Assembly (NCBI GenBank): GCA_036828955.1
Contig: DAISRJ010000002.1
Location: 9,342 to 73,341 of the forward strand
Direction: 5' to 3'
Source: Candidatus Dormiibacterota bacterium
GTDB taxonomy: Bacteria; Chloroflexota; Dormibacteria; Aeolococcales; Aeolococcaceae
DNA: 64,000 nucleotides
This document shows, in pieces, positions 1 through 10,610 of this stretch (position 1 is its first letter; every line of letters begins with the position of its first letter). The position numbers and the translations under genes were made by a program. The notes under the pieces are model-generated. The model searched no databases, was not told the DNA's origin, and saw nothing but the letters and a program-made list of their open reading frames with translations.

Positions 1-536
1 CCGTACGCGGAACCGTCCGCACCCCGGCAGACCGCGATCAGCTCGGCGACCGTGTGCCGCGCTGCGCGGCGCAGGCCCGTCGTGCTCACCATGGCGATCG
101 ACGTGCCTCCTGTCTCGAAGGTGCCAAAAGCCTTCTGCCCCAACGAATCGGCGCCGGCACAGATGGCGGCGACGGTGTCGGCGCGCTCCTCGGGCGTGAC
201 CAGGGTGGTGCGCTCGCAGTAGCCGGCCTCGGTGTCCGCGCCTCCGTCGGGAGAGATGGGCTTCACCGGCTCGCCGCTGGGCGAGTGACTGCGGATCGCC
301 TCGGCACTCTTCACCAGTGCGTCGCCGGCGTCGTCGCTCGCAACCTGCATCTCGGCGACCCCGGAGCGACCGTCGCGCACCAGGCGCAGGCGAAGGCGCA
401 GCGTGCGATCGGCGACGTTCTGGTGGATGCCGCTGTTGGCGAAGCGGGTCAACGCCATCGCCGACTCGGTGACGGTGACCTCGGCCTCCGTGCCGGCGGG
501 GACGCGCGCCAGGACGGTGTCTCCAAGCGCCAGCAT
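1..536 (-). CDS. TldD/PmbA-family metallopeptidase paralog (PmbA/TldE-like), 5' part only; the gene runs off the window edge
   Basis: Manual reverse-complement translation from the ATG at about 536: MLALGDTVLARVPAGTEAEVTVTESAMALTRFANSGIHQNVADRTLRLRL... It is open to position 1 and sits directly downstream of tldD on the same strand, the usual TldD/TldE pair. The plus-strand ORF 54..857 is its antisense artefact. Confidence 0.5.
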   Translation of the reverse strand, partial: MLALGDTVLARVPAGTEAEVTVTESAMALTRFANSGIHQNVADRTLRLRLRLVRDGRSGVAEMQVASDDAGDALVKSAEAIRSHSPSGEPVKPISPDGGADTEAGYCERTTLVTPEERADTVAAICAGADSLGQKAFGTFETGGTSIAMVSTTGLRRAARHTVAELIAVCRGADGSAY

Positions 537-562
537 CTCGTCGTGCGAACGCGACTCCGTGC

Positions 563-1999
563 TCACGCCGGGCGCACCGCCACGTTGCGAAAGCGACAGG
601 GAGCGGCCCCGTGGCCGACGTGCATGAGCTGGCCCGGTTCACCCTTGCCGCAGTTGATCACCCCGAACATCTTCCATTCCGACGCACCCGCGACGGCGTC
701 ACACGAGTTCCAGAACTCCGGCGTGCGGCCGCTGTACAGGGGGTTGCGCACGAGGCGTACGCGCCGTCCGTCGCGAATCTCCCAGCCTGCCTGGGTGCCG
801 AACTGGAAGTTGAGACGGCGGTCGTCGATGCTCCAGGAACGGTTGGTCTCGAGGTAGACGCCGCGCTCGGTGGTGGCGATCATCTCCTCGAGGCTGGACG
901 TGCCTGGCTCGAGGTTGATGTTGGTCATGCGGATGATCGGCAGGCGGTTCCAGCTCTCCGCGCGCACCGTGCCCCCGCTGGGCTGGTCGAAGCCGGCGGC
1001 GGTCTCGCGCGAGGTGAGGTAGCCGGTGAACAGTCCACCGTCGATGAGCAGCGTGCGCTGGGCGGCGACCCCCTCGTCGTCGTAGCCGAAGGTGCCCAGG
1101 CCGCCCGGGCTGGTGGCGTCCGCGCTGATGGTCACCGCCTCGCTGCCATAGCGGAAGCTGCCGAGCATCTCAGGCATGAGGAAGGAGGTGCCGGCGAAGG
1201 CCGCCTCGAACCCGAGCACGCGGTCGAGCTCGGTCGGGTGACCGCACGACTCGTGGACCTGCAGGGCGGCCTGGGTGGCGTCGAGGATGAGCGTCATCGT
1301 TCCCGCGGGGCAGAGGTCGGCGCTGAGCAGCGCAACCGCCTCCTCGGCGATCCTGCGTCCGTTGCCGGCAAGGTCCATCGCGAGGACCGCCTCCCAGCCG
1401 GCGGTGAGCTGCTGGCGGCCGAAGCTGTTGGGGAAGCTGCGCGACTGCACCTCACCGTCACCGGTCGCCGTGGCGTCGATGCCGCCCCCGGTCTCGATGA
1501 TCGTCTGGGTGATCCGTGAGCCCTCGGTGCTGGCGAAGAATTGGTGGTGGCGCACCGCCGCCAGCGAACCCTGGCGGGTGGTCACGCTGGGGAGGTCCAT
1601 GGACGCGTCGACCGCGAGGAGGAGCTCGATCTTGCGGTCGAGGGACACATCGAACGGGTCGATGGAGACAGGAGTGACATACGTCGCCGTCACGGCGGGG
1701 GTGGGCGCCAGCCGGACCCGCGCCACCGCCGTCCGCGCCGACGCCCTGGCGATGCGCACCGCAAAGCGGGCGGCATCCTCCAGGCCGGCCCGGTCCGTCC
1801 GCTGGGTCCCGCAGAATCCCCAGGCGCCGTCGACGATCACACGGATGCCGACACCGGTGTCCTCGAAGTCGGTGACGCTGTTGACCCTGCCGTTCTTGAC
1901 GAGCACCGACTGCATGCGCTGATCCACCACCCGGCAGTCGGCGTATGTCGCGCCCGCCACAACAGAGGCGTCGATGGCTACGTCGGCGATGTCACGCAT
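563..1999 (-). CDS. tldD: TldD-family zinc metalloprotease
   Basis: 478 aa with the HESCGH zinc motif and a conserved TldD C-terminal region. Confidence 0.85.
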   Translation of the reverse strand: MRDIADVAIDASVVAGATYADCRVVDQRMQSVLVKNGRVNSVTDFEDTGVGIRVIVDGAWGFCGTQRTDRAGLEDAARFAVRIARASARTAVARVRLAPTPAVTATYVTPVSIDPFDVSLDRKIELLLAVDASMDLPSVTTRQGSLAAVRHHQFFASTEGSRITQTIIETGGGIDATATGDGEVQSRSFPNSFGRQQLTAGWEAVLAMDLAGNGRRIAEEAVALLSADLCPAGTMTLILDATQAALQVHESCGHPTELDRVLGFEAAFAGTSFLMPEMLGSFRYGSEAVTISADATSPGGLGTFGYDDEGVAAQRTLLIDGGLFTGYLTSRETAAGFDQPSGGTVRAESWNRLPIIRMTNINLEPGTSSLEEMIATTERGVYLETNRSWSIDDRRLNFQFGTQAGWEIRDGRRVRLVRNPLYSGRTPEFWNSCDAVAGASEWKMFGVINCGKGEPGQLMHVGHGAAPCRFRNVAVRPA

Positions 2000-2045
2000 G
2001 CGCAGCTCCTCCCCCCGGGAACCTTGGGCCCCGCGCCATCAATGG

Positions 2046-3188
2046 CTACGTGCTGTCGGGGTCGGACCCGTTCGAGCCCGTGCCGTCGGCGTCGCCGATG
2101 ATGGCGACGCGCAGCTCCTCCGTGCTCTGCTCGGCCACCTTCTGGGCCAGCGATCCCTGCAGCTTGCCGGCGAAATGGCAGGCGGCGAGGTGACCGTTGC
2201 CGTAATCGATCAGCTCGGGGCGCACCTCCGAGCAGATCGGCTCGGCGATCGGGCAGCGTGTGTGGAAGCGACATGCGCTCGGCGGGTTGATCGGCGACGG
2301 GATCTCTCCACGAAGGATGATCGGCCTGCGGTCACGCTCGATCGCCGGGTCCGGGACGGGGATCGACTGCAGGAGGGCCGTGGTGTACGGATGCAGCGGG
2401 TTGTCGTACAGCTCGAGGCTGTCGGCGACCTCGACGATGACGCCGAGGTACATCACGGCCACACGGTCGCTGAGGTGGCGCACCACCGAGAGGTCGTGGG
2501 CGATGAACAGGTAGGTGAGGTTGAAGTCGTCCTGGAGCTGCTCGAGCAGGTTGATGATCTGCGCCTGGATGGACACGTCCAGGGCGGAGATGGGCTCGTC
2601 GGCGACGATGAAGCTGGGCCTCAGGATCAACGAGCGAGCGATGCCGATGCGCTGGCGCTGGCCGCCGCTGAACTCGTGCGGGTAGCGGTTGTTGAAGTTG
2701 GGGTTCAGCCCGCAGATGCGCATGACCTCCTGCACCTGCGCATCGCGTTCCTTGCCCTTGGCCAGCCCGAAGTTGGCCAGCGGCTCGCCGATGATGTTGC
2801 CCACGGTCATGCGCGGGTTGAGCGAGCCGTAGGGATCCTGGAAGATCATCTGCACGCGCCGGCGCATCTGCCGGAGGCTCTCGCCGTGCAGGGCGGCGAG
2901 GTCCTCGCCCTCGAAGAAGATGCTGCCGGCGCTTGCCGGCTGCAGTTGCGTGACCACGCGCCCCAGCGTCGACTTGCCACAGCCGGATTCCCCGACGAGG
3001 CCGAGCGTCTCGCCCTGGAGGACGTCGAGCGACACCCCGTCGACCGCGCGCACGGTCTGGCGCCCGCTGGGGAAGGTCTTGTAGACGTCGCGGAGGGAGA
3101 CGAGGGCGTCGGCCTCCGCGGTCCACGCCGCCGACGGCTCCACGGAGGCGGACGACTCAGACGGCTGCTGCATCCGCCGCCTCTTCAT
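2046..3188 (-). CDS. Oligopeptide/dipeptide ABC transporter ATP-binding protein (OppF/DppF-like)
   Basis: Walker [18 protein letters not shown] signature and the C-terminal oligopeptide-transporter extension. Confidence 0.9.
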   Translation of the reverse strand: MKRRRMQQPSESSASVEPSAAWTAEADALVSLRDVYKTFPSGRQTVRAVDGVSLDVLQGETLGLVGESGCGKSTLGRVVTQLQPASAGSIFFEGEDLAALHGESLRQMRRRVQMIFQDPYGSLNPRMTVGNIIGEPLANFGLAKGKERDAQVQEVMRICGLNPNFNNRYPHEFSGGQRQRIGIARSLILRPSFIVADEPISALDVSIQAQIINLLEQLQDDFNLTYLFIAHDLSVVRHLSDRVAVMYLGVIVEVADSLELYDNPLHPYTTALLQSIPVPDPAIERDRRPIILRGEIPSPINPPSACRFHTRCPIAEPICSEVRPELIDYGNGHLAACHFAGKLQGSLAQKVAEQSTEELRVAIIGDADGTGSNGSDPDST

Positions 3189-4203
3189 CGGCCACCAGCG
3201 GGGTTTCCCGAAGGTCGGCGTCCGGGTCCTTGACGTTCTTCATCTGCACCCAGCAACGCGACTCGTGCCCCGGGCCGACCGTGACAAGCTCGGGCTCCTC
3301 GGTGAGGCAGCGATCGACGGCGAACAGGCAGCGGGGGTGGAACTTGCAGCCCGGGGGCAGGTTGGTGAGGTCCGGGGGCAGGCCCTTGATCGTCAGCAGC
3401 TTGCTGCCCAGCTTCTCGTCGATGCGGGGGATGGAGCGCAGCAGCGACCACGTGTAGGGATGCTGTGGGGCCGCGAAGATCGCCTCGGTGGGGCCCTGCT
3501 CGACGACCCGGCCGGCGTACATCACCACCACCCACGTGCAGATGCTGGCGACCACAGCCATGTTGTGCGTGATCAGCACGATCGCCGTTCCCAACTCGCG
3601 GTTGAGGTCACGCAACTGCTCGAGGATCTGCGCCTGGACGGTGACGTCGAGGGCCGTGGTGGGCTCGTCCGCGATGAGCAGGCCGGGCTCGTTGGACAGG
3701 CCCATGGCGATCATGACGCGCTGACGCATGCCGCCCGAGAACTGGTGAGGGAACTCATCGGCACGACGCTTGGGGTCAGGGATGCGCACGCGGCTCAGCA
3801 GGCCGGGGACGCGCTCCTTGGCCTGTTCCTTGGTGAAGCGGTCGTGCGCCTTCATCGCCTCCTCGATCTGGAAGCCCACCTTGAGCACCGGGTTGAGCGA
3901 CGACATCGGGTCCTGGAAGATCATGGCCACGTCGTTGCCGCGGAACTTGCGAAGCTCGTCGTCGTTGAAGGCGAGCACGTCGCGGCCGTCGAAGGTGATG
4001 CTGCCCTCGACGATCTTGCCCGGCTCGGGAACGAGCCGGAGGATGGAGAGGGCGGTCATCGACTTCCCGGAACCGGACTCACCGACGATGCCGACGGTCT
4101 CGCCACGGTTGACGCGGAAGTCGATGCCGTCGACGGCGCGAACCCTCCCTCCACGCACGAAGAACTGGGTCTTGAGGCCCTTGACCTCGAGGAGGGACGC
4201 CAC
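3157..4203 (-). CDS. Oligopeptide/dipeptide ABC transporter ATP-binding protein (OppD/DppD-like)
   Basis: Walker A GESGSGKS, FSGGMRQR signature and a C-terminal Cys-containing extension. Confidence 0.9.
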   Translation of the reverse strand: MASLLEVKGLKTQFFVRGGRVRAVDGIDFRVNRGETVGIVGESGSGKSMTALSILRLVPEPGKIVEGSITFDGRDVLAFNDDELRKFRGNDVAMIFQDPMSSLNPVLKVGFQIEEAMKAHDRFTKEQAKERVPGLLSRVRIPDPKRRADEFPHQFSGGMRQRVMIAMGLSNEPGLLIADEPTTALDVTVQAQILEQLRDLNRELGTAIVLITHNMAVVASICTWVVVMYAGRVVEQGPTEAIFAAPQHPYTWSLLRSIPRIDEKLGSKLLTIKGLPPDLTNLPPGCKFHPRCLFAVDRCLTEEPELVTVGPGHESRCWVQMKNVKDPDADLRETPLVADEEAADAAAV

Positions 4204-5138
4204 TACTTGGCCTGCCTCGGGTCGAGGGCGTCGCGCAGGCCGTCACCGATGAAGTTGATCGCCATCAGCGTGATCAACAATGCCAGGGCCGGAACCATGA
4301 TGGTGTGGTAGGCGAGGAAGCGGTCCCCCAGGCCGGACGAGACCATGGCGCCCCACGACGGGTCCGGGTTGGGCAGGCCGAAGCCGAGGTAGCTGAGGAA
4401 GGCCTCGAAGAGGATCGCCTGCGGGATCAGGAAGGTGGCCTGCACGATGATCGGCCCCAGCGCGTTGGGCAGAACGTGCCGCGTCATGATCTTGAAGTCC
4501 TTGGTCCCGGTGGCACGGGCAGCCTCGACGAACTCGCGTTCGCGTAACGCCAGGGTCTGGCCGCGGACCAACCTGGCCATGTCCATCCAGCTGGTCACGC
4601 TGAGCGCCACGATGACGTTGACGATGCTGGGCCGGTTGGTGATGAACAGGATGAGGAAGGCGATCAGCAAGTTGGGGATGCCGTAGCCGATGTAGGTGAT
4701 TCCGCTGATCAGTGTGTCCACCCAGCCGCGGAAGAAGCCGGCGAGCAGCCCGGCGGCAATGCCCACCACCGATGTTGTCACCGCGGTGAGCAAGCCGACC
4801 TCGAGGGCCACCTGCGCGCCGCGCATGAGGAAGCTCAATTCGTCGCGGCCACTGGCATCGAGGCCGAAGGGGTGGGCGCGGCTGAACGGATCGGTGATGT
4901 CTCCGAGCCCCTGCTGGAACAGGGAGTACGGCGTCCAGAAGATGCTCACGATGGCGATCAGGGCGATGAGGCCGAACACCACGATCCCAGCCATCGACAG
5001 CTTGTTGCGCCGGAATCGGCGCCAAGCGTCCTGCCACAGGCTGACCTGCTCGGGCGCGACCGAGTAGTCGACCTCCTCGGGTGTCCCGGGCGGGGCCATG
5101 GGCCCCCCCATGTTCAGGCCTGTGGTGATCGTACTCAT
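4203..5138 (-). CDS. ABC transporter permease (DppC/OppC family)
   Basis: Polytopic membrane protein with the BPD_transp_1 pattern. Its start overlaps the stop of the next gene by one nucleotide. Confidence 0.9.
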   Translation of the reverse strand: MSTITTGLNMGGPMAPPGTPEEVDYSVAPEQVSLWQDAWRRFRRNKLSMAGIVVFGLIALIAIVSIFWTPYSLFQQGLGDITDPFSRAHPFGLDASGRDELSFLMRGAQVALEVGLLTAVTTSVVGIAAGLLAGFFRGWVDTLISGITYIGYGIPNLLIAFLILFITNRPSIVNVIVALSVTSWMDMARLVRGQTLALREREFVEAARATGTKDFKIMTRHVLPNALGPIIVQATFLIPQAILFEAFLSYLGFGLPNPDPSWGAMVSSGLGDRFLAYHTIMVPALALLITLMAINFIGDGLRDALDPRQAK

Positions 5139-6061
5139 GCGTAGCGAATCCTCGGATCGAGCACAGGATAGATGAGGTCGACCCCGAGGTTGGCGAGGCC
5201 GACCAGAATCGCGTAGAAGGTGTACAGGCCCACCACGATGCCGTAGTCACGGTTGAGGATGGAGTTGACGAACTCCTTCCCCAGCCCCGGCACCCCGAAG
5301 ATGGTCTCGATGACCACGGAGCCGGTGATGATGCCCGTCACCAGCGGTCCTCCGATGGTGACCACCGGGATGAGCGCATTGCGAAGGGCGTGTCGAACGA
5401 TCACCACCCGCCCGGTGAGTCCTTTGGCCCAAGCCGTGCGCACGTAGTCCTGGCGGATGACGTCGAGCATGCTGGCCCGCACCAGCCTGGCCACGATGGC
5501 CGCGTAGGGCAGCCCCAAGGCGATAGCGGGAATGGGGATCTGCTCAGGCGATCCCCAGCCGATGCTATTGGCCCAGTTGGGGAGGAGGATGGCGCTGAGA
5601 ATGATCATGAAGGTGGCGAGCACGAAGCTCGGCACGCTGTAGCCGAACACGACGAAGCTGGACAGCGTGTAGTCCACCCAGGTGTTCTGCCGCACGGCTG
5701 CCACGATGCCGACAACCAGCCCCACCAGGATGGTCACGATGATGGCGCAGAGGCCGAGGATGAGGCTGTTGCCCGCTTCCTTCAGGAGCAGCGGGGTGAC
5801 CTGCGCCCCCTGGTTGACGTACGAGGTGCCCAGGTCGCCGTGGACCAGGTTCCACATGAAGGTTCGGTACTGGACCAGCAGGGGGTCGTCGAGACCGTGG
5901 ACAAACGCCTCGTGGGCACAGCCGGCGGGGTTCCTCTCGCAGGTGAAGGGGTTTCCCGCGAGCGAATGCACCAGGAGGAAGGTCGCGGAGGAGACCACAA
6001 ACGCGGTGCCAAGCACGAGCAGGAGCCGCTTGGCGGCGTAGGTGGCTGTGCCTCTGCTCAT
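5135..6061 (-). CDS. ABC transporter permease (DppB/OppB family)
   Basis: Polytopic membrane protein typical of peptide ABC permeases. It overlaps the downstream permease by 4 nt. Confidence 0.9.
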   Translation of the reverse strand: MSRGTATYAAKRLLLVLGTAFVVSSATFLLVHSLAGNPFTCERNPAGCAHEAFVHGLDDPLLVQYRTFMWNLVHGDLGTSYVNQGAQVTPLLLKEAGNSLILGLCAIIVTILVGLVVGIVAAVRQNTWVDYTLSSFVVFGYSVPSFVLATFMIILSAILLPNWANSIGWGSPEQIPIPAIALGLPYAAIVARLVRASMLDVIRQDYVRTAWAKGLTGRVVIVRHALRNALIPVVTIGGPLVTGIITGSVVIETIFGVPGLGKEFVNSILNRDYGIVVGLYTFYAILVGLANLGVDLIYPVLDPRIRYA

Positions 6062-6180
6062 GTGAGACCTCTCGCCGGTGAAGAGGGACGGGGACGGATC
6101 GGGGAGCCCGCCGGTGTGGCGGGCTCCCCGGATGATACTCGGCCGATTCCCCGTTGTTGGGAGTCGGCTCGTACCCGGTC

Positions 6181-7887
6181 CTAGTGGGCCAGGATGCTGA
6201 TGCTCGACCAGGAGTTGTCGTAGAGCGAGTTGCCCCCGCCGCCCTGGACGTATGGCTTGATGAAGTACTGGTTGGCGCCGTATTCGAGGCCGGCGTAGGC
6301 GACGTCAGAGACCAGCTGCTTGCCGGCAGTCTGGTAATCGGTGATCGCCTGGCTGCCCGTCTCACCCTCGGCCTTCTTCACCGCCGTGTCGACGCGCGGG
6401 TCGCAGATGCCGTCGTTGTTGCCCAGTCCGACGGCGGCCTGGGAGCAGATGAAGAGGTTGTCGAACCAGTCCTGGGGGTTGTCGTAGTCGGCCCCCCAGC
6501 TGTCACGGAAGAGGATGTACTTCTTGTCCTGACGGGCGGTCAGGAATGTCGGGAAGTCCGTGCTCTGCGTGTCGACATGGACGCCGAGGTTGGTCTGCCA
6601 CTGCGACTGGAGGTTGCCGGCGATTGCGGTGTTGGAGGTGCTGGTGTTGAACCAGTACACGAGCCCAACCCGCTTGGTGCCGGACGGGTCCCAGGTCTGG
6701 AGGTCCGTCTTTGCCTTGGCCGCGTTGAAGACGGAGGTGGCATCCTTGCCATCGCCGAGGTAGCCCTGCAGGCCCTTGCTGATCACGCCGCCCGACGCCG
6801 GCTTGCAGGTGATACCGCCCGGACCGCAGGCGACGTTGACCAGCTGGCTGCGGTCGATGGCCTCACTGAAGGCCATGCGACCCGCCTTGGCGATGGGATC
6901 GTCGATGTTGCCGGACGCGGGCGCGAACGGACCGACGGTGAAGTTGAAGCCGACCCAGGTGGTGCGCGCGCCAGGAATGTTGACGAACTGGCTCTTCAGC
7001 GCGGGGTTCGCCTGGAAGTTCCGGACCGCGTCGAGCGGCGGGTATTGGTCGGCCGGGCCGACGCTATCGAAGCCGCCGTTCTCGTACTTGGTCACCTGGC
7101 TTCCTTGATCGGCGAGGACCGTGGCCTCGATGTCGGTCAGGTGCCCGGTGCTTCCGCCCCACCAATTGGGGACGTTGGCGAAGGACAGATGGTCCTTGGG
7201 AACATATGCGGTCAGCTTGAAGGGCCCGGTGCCGATCGCGGTTGCGGGATTGGTCCACCACGTCTTGTCGGTGTCGTTGGGGATGACCTTCTGGTCAACC
7301 ACGTCCGCGGTCCAGAGCCCCAGCTCGGTGAGCCAGTACCCGGCCGGCTGCGAGAGCTTGGCGACCACGGTGTATGGGTCGGATGCGCTCAGACCGGAGA
7401 GGGTGGTCGCGGTGGGAGTACCTTTGCTCGGAGCGACCGCGCTGTACCCTGCGACCGGCGCGAAGACGATGCCGTACGAGTCATTGAGGCGCGCGGCGCG
7501 GTTCCAGCTGTAAAGAACGTCAGCTGAGGTGACCGGGTCGCCGTTGGAGAACTTGACGTCCTTGCGCATGTGGAACGTATAGGTGAGCCCGTCTGAGGAG
7601 ATGTCCGGCGGCCCCGTGGCGATGTCGGGGATTTCCTTGAGCTTGTCGTCGAAGCGATACAGCCCGCCGAAGACGTTCTGAACAAACGCGATGTCGACAG
7701 CCGTCGAGACGTGCCCCGGGTCGAGATACTTGATGTCATCAATCAGTGGGAAGCGGAACTGCTGGTTGGCTGCCAAGGCAGCGCCGCCGCCGCTCGAGCT
7801 GGTGCCAGTACTGCCGCTTCCGCAAGCGGTGGCAACCAGCGCCGGCACGACCAGCGCAAAGGCAATCCGAGAATGTTTCATCCACAT
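6181..7887 (-). CDS. Peptide ABC transporter substrate-binding lipoprotein (SBP family 5)
   Basis: Signal peptide with lipobox (LVATACGS). 568 aa, family-5 solute-binding protein features. It is the first gene of the 5-gene opp/dpp-like operon. Confidence 0.9.
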   Translation of the reverse strand: MWMKHSRIAFALVVPALVATACGSGSTGTSSSGGGAALAANQQFRFPLIDDIKYLDPGHVSTAVDIAFVQNVFGGLYRFDDKLKEIPDIATGPPDISSDGLTYTFHMRKDVKFSNGDPVTSADVLYSWNRAARLNDSYGIVFAPVAGYSAVAPSKGTPTATTLSGLSASDPYTVVAKLSQPAGYWLTELGLWTADVVDQKVIPNDTDKTWWTNPATAIGTGPFKLTAYVPKDHLSFANVPNWWGGSTGHLTDIEATVLADQGSQVTKYENGGFDSVGPADQYPPLDAVRNFQANPALKSQFVNIPGARTTWVGFNFTVGPFAPASGNIDDPIAKAGRMAFSEAIDRSQLVNVACGPGGITCKPASGGVISKGLQGYLGDGKDATSVFNAAKAKTDLQTWDPSGTKRVGLVYWFNTSTSNTAIAGNLQSQWQTNLGVHVDTQSTDFPTFLTARQDKKYILFRDSWGADYDNPQDWFDNLFICSQAAVGLGNNDGICDPRVDTAVKKAEGETGSQAITDYQTAGKQLVSDVAYAGLEYGANQYFIKPYVQGGGGNSLYDNSWSSISILAH

Positions 7888-8037
7888 CTCCCGCGGGTTT
7901 CTCCCGCACCAAATCTGCGCCGTGCAAGGCGACGGCCAAAGCGGGATCGTGACATAGTGCCGGCGCGGCCGCCATCACCCGTTGGGATGATTTCTCTGGA
8001 CCGTCGAGGGGACGACCGTATACTTGGCCACCGCTCC

Positions 8038-10605
8038 ATGTCCCGCTTTTTCAAGCGCAGGTCGAGATCACGGCGCCTGAGCCGGCGGATCCTCGTCGCC
8101 ATGCTCGCCGTCGCTCTGCTGCCCCTGGCGGCGCTGACCGCGCTCGTCGGCGCCGACCTGACCGCGATCAACCAGACCACGGTGGACGCCGCCCACCAGA
8201 CGATCGTGGCCGACGCCGAACAGCGCGAGAGCAACGGGGCCCTCGACGGCGCGGCGGCGGTGGCAGGCCGGCTCGACGGGCTCGAGGGGGAGCTCGGCCA
8301 GCTCGCCGGCACACTCGACTCGCTTCTGCGCGGCAGCACGGCGGTGGACGAGCCCGCGCAACGGATCGCGGGTGGCCCCCGCGTCATCGAGTCCGGGCCG
8401 CCGGCGGCGGCGACGCTGGTCGGGGCGCAGAGCCCGCTGGTGACCGCCGCGGGCTCCGTGGCCGACCCGCTCGGGGGCAACCGCAGCCAGGTTGCCGCCG
8501 CGCTCGACACCGTCCTCAAGCGCGACCCGGAGCTGAGCGCCGTCTGGCTCTACGACAGCGCCAATGCAGCGCTCACCGAGGTGCCGGTCGTCGACCCGCA
8601 CATCCTCGCCGGCCTTGTCGCCAACCAGAGGATCGACCCCGTCAACCTCCTCGGCCGCCAGCTCCACGCCGCCGAGGCGGGCACGCCGCAGACCGGTTCG
8701 AGCGGTCTGGGAAGCGGGCTGAGCCAGGGCGGCAAGACCCAGACAGGGGGTCTGTGGAGCGACATCGACACCGCCGCGTTCGGAACGGGCACGTCGGTGA
8801 CGGTGTGGATCGGACTGACCGTCCCGGGTGCGTTCGTCGGCGCCGAGCTGCCCTCGACGGCGATCGCCGCCCTGCTCCCGGCGCCGCTGTCGAGCCTGCC
8901 CGACTCCTACCCGGTGCTGCTCAGCCCCAGCGGGCGCTGGCTCAGTGCCGGGGTCGCGGCCGGCGCTGACCTCAGCCTGCCTGACGGCTTCGAGGGCACG
9001 CCCGCAGTGGTGCCCGGCATGGCCGCCAGGACGCTGCTGAAGCAGCAGCCACAGCTGCTCAGGACGTCGCTGCACAGCGTGGCCAAGGACTTCTTCACCG
9101 CCCCAGTTCTCGGTCCCGGCTGGATCGTCGCCAGCGTCGTGCCCGACCGGGCGCTCGCCCCGGCGGCTGCCTCGCTGGGCGATGGCATCCGCAGCGGCGT
9201 GCGCACCATCCTCATCTTCCAGGTGCTGCCGCTCGCGGTCGTCCTGGGTGTCATCGCGGTGCTGCTCGCGGCACTGGTCTCGCGCCGCCTGGTGGGGCCG
9301 GTGCGGGCGCTGACGACGGCGTCGGAGCGCCTCGCCCAGGGGCACACCGACGAGCCCGTCGCCCGCCAGGGTGAGGACGAGGTCGGCCTGCTCAGCGAGG
9401 CCCTGGAGCGGATGCGCCGTGAGATCAACAGCTCGCGCCAGGACCTCCTGGCGGCGGCCCGTGAGCTCGAGGTCCGGGTCGCGGACCGCACCGAGGAGTT
9501 GCGTGACCGCAACGAGGAGCTGGTCGCCCTCAACGCCCTGGCGGCCACGCTGACCCGCTCCCTGGATCCGCACGAACTGATCGGCGGAGCCCTCGAGGCG
9601 GTGCGCGCGATCCTCCCAGTCACCGCCGCCGCGGGGTACACGGTGGTAGAGGGCGTCCCCCACCTCGTCGTCCACCACCCGACCCGTCTCGGCGAGAGGG
9701 CGCGCTTGCTCTCGGCCGGCGTGACCGCCGCGTTGGAGAGCGGCGAGCTCGCCGTCCGGCTGGCGTCTGGGCATCGAATCCTGGCCGTTCCCGTGGCGGC
9801 GGGCGGTGCGCCGCTGGGGGCGCTGGCGGCGCTGGTCCCGGGCACGGCCACGGTTCCCAAGCGCGTCCGCATCCTGCTCGGCGCCGTCGCCGACCAGGTG
9901 GGCCTGGCGCTGCGCACCGCGGAGTACGCCGCCGAGGGTCGCGAGCTTGCGGTCTTCGAGGAGCGCACCCGCCTGGCGCGGGAGATCCACGACACGCTCG
10001 CCCAGCAGCTCACCGGCATCGTGCTCCAGCTCGAGGCCGCAGAGGCGATGCAGAGCCGCGATCAGGGTGAGCGCACGCGTGAGCTCATCGTGGCCGCCCG
10101 GGAGCAGGCCAGGCTGGCCCTGCAGGAGGCGCGCCGCAGCGTGTGGAACCTGCGCCCCATGCCACTCGAGGCGGCCGGGCTGACCGCCGCCATCGCGCTG
10201 GAGGCGGAGCGGTTCGGCAAGCGGACCGGGATGGCAATCACTGTGCGCAACGACGGTCTGCCGCGCCAGCTGTCCCTGGTCCCGCAGTCGGAGGTCGCCG
10301 TGTTCCGCATCCTCCAGGAGGCGCTCGCCAACGCCGGCCATCACAGCCAGGCGCAGATCGTCGAGGTCGAGCTCCGCATCGTCGATGGAGACCTGCTGCT
10401 GACCGTCAGTGACGACGGCGCCGGCTTCGACGTCGAGCAGGACCGCATGGCGGCATCGGCACCCGGCAGCTTCGGGATCGTGGGCATGCGCGAACGTGCC
10501 CGGCTCATCGGCGCGGCCCTCGAGGTGACCAGCTCCGCTGTGGGTGGGACCAGGGTGTCGGTTCGGGTGCCGCTCGAGCTCCAGGACGCGGCGGCGTCCG
10601 CCTGA
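8038..10605 (+). CDS. Sensor histidine kinase (NarL/DegS-type HisKA_3) with a large extracytoplasmic sensor domain and HAMP
   Basis: Start set at MSRFFKRRSRSRR followed by the first TM helix; an alternative ATG lies at 7987. A second TM plus HAMP follows (VLPLAVVLGVIAVLLAALVSRRLVGPVRAL). H-box EERTRLAREIHDTLAQQL, and an HATPase_c C-terminus. The first 90 aa of the track ORF overlap the SBP gene and are rejected. Confidence 0.85.
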   Translation: MSRFFKRRSRSRRLSRRILVAMLAVALLPLAALTALVGADLTAINQTTVDAAHQTIVADAEQRESNGALDGAAAVAGRLDGLEGELGQLAGTLDSLLRGSTAVDEPAQRIAGGPRVIESGPPAAATLVGAQSPLVTAAGSVADPLGGNRSQVAAALDTVLKRDPELSAVWLYDSANAALTEVPVVDPHILAGLVANQRIDPVNLLGRQLHAAEAGTPQTGSSGLGSGLSQGGKTQTGGLWSDIDTAAFGTGTSVTVWIGLTVPGAFVGAELPSTAIAALLPAPLSSLPDSYPVLLSPSGRWLSAGVAAGADLSLPDGFEGTPAVVPGMAARTLLKQQPQLLRTSLHSVAKDFFTAPVLGPGWIVASVVPDRALAPAAASLGDGIRSGVRTILIFQVLPLAVVLGVIAVLLAALVSRRLVGPVRALTTASERLAQGHTDEPVARQGEDEVGLLSEALERMRREINSSRQDLLAAARELEVRVADRTEELRDRNEELVALNALAATLTRSLDPHELIGGALEAVRAILPVTAAAGYTVVEGVPHLVVHHPTRLGERARLLSAGVTAALESGELAVRLASGHRILAVPVAAGGAPLGALAALVPGTATVPKRVRILLGAVADQVGLALRTAEYAAEGRELAVFEERTRLAREIHDTLAQQLTGIVLQLEAAEAMQSRDQGERTRELIVAAREQARLALQEARRSVWNLRPMPLEAAGLTAAIALEAERFGKRTGMAITVRNDGLPRQLSLVPQSEVAVFRILQEALANAGHHSQAQIVEVELRIVDGDLLLTVSDDGAGFDVEQDRMAASAPGSFGIVGMRERARLIGAALEVTSSAVGGTRVSVRVPLELQDAAASA

Positions 10606-10610
10606 CCCAG

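Noticed and set aside
8068-10344. 758-aa ORF on the minus strand covering the sensor kinase gene. Similar long antisense ORFs occur at 18663..20633 (656 aa), 611..1519, 3265..4311, 6154..7527, 10986..12221, 14358..15860, 33609..34673, 56861..59383 and others.
   Set aside because: All are Arg/Gly/Ala/Pro-rich with no motifs, and each lies antisense to a gene with clear family signatures. Long open antisense frames are expected at about 70% GC.
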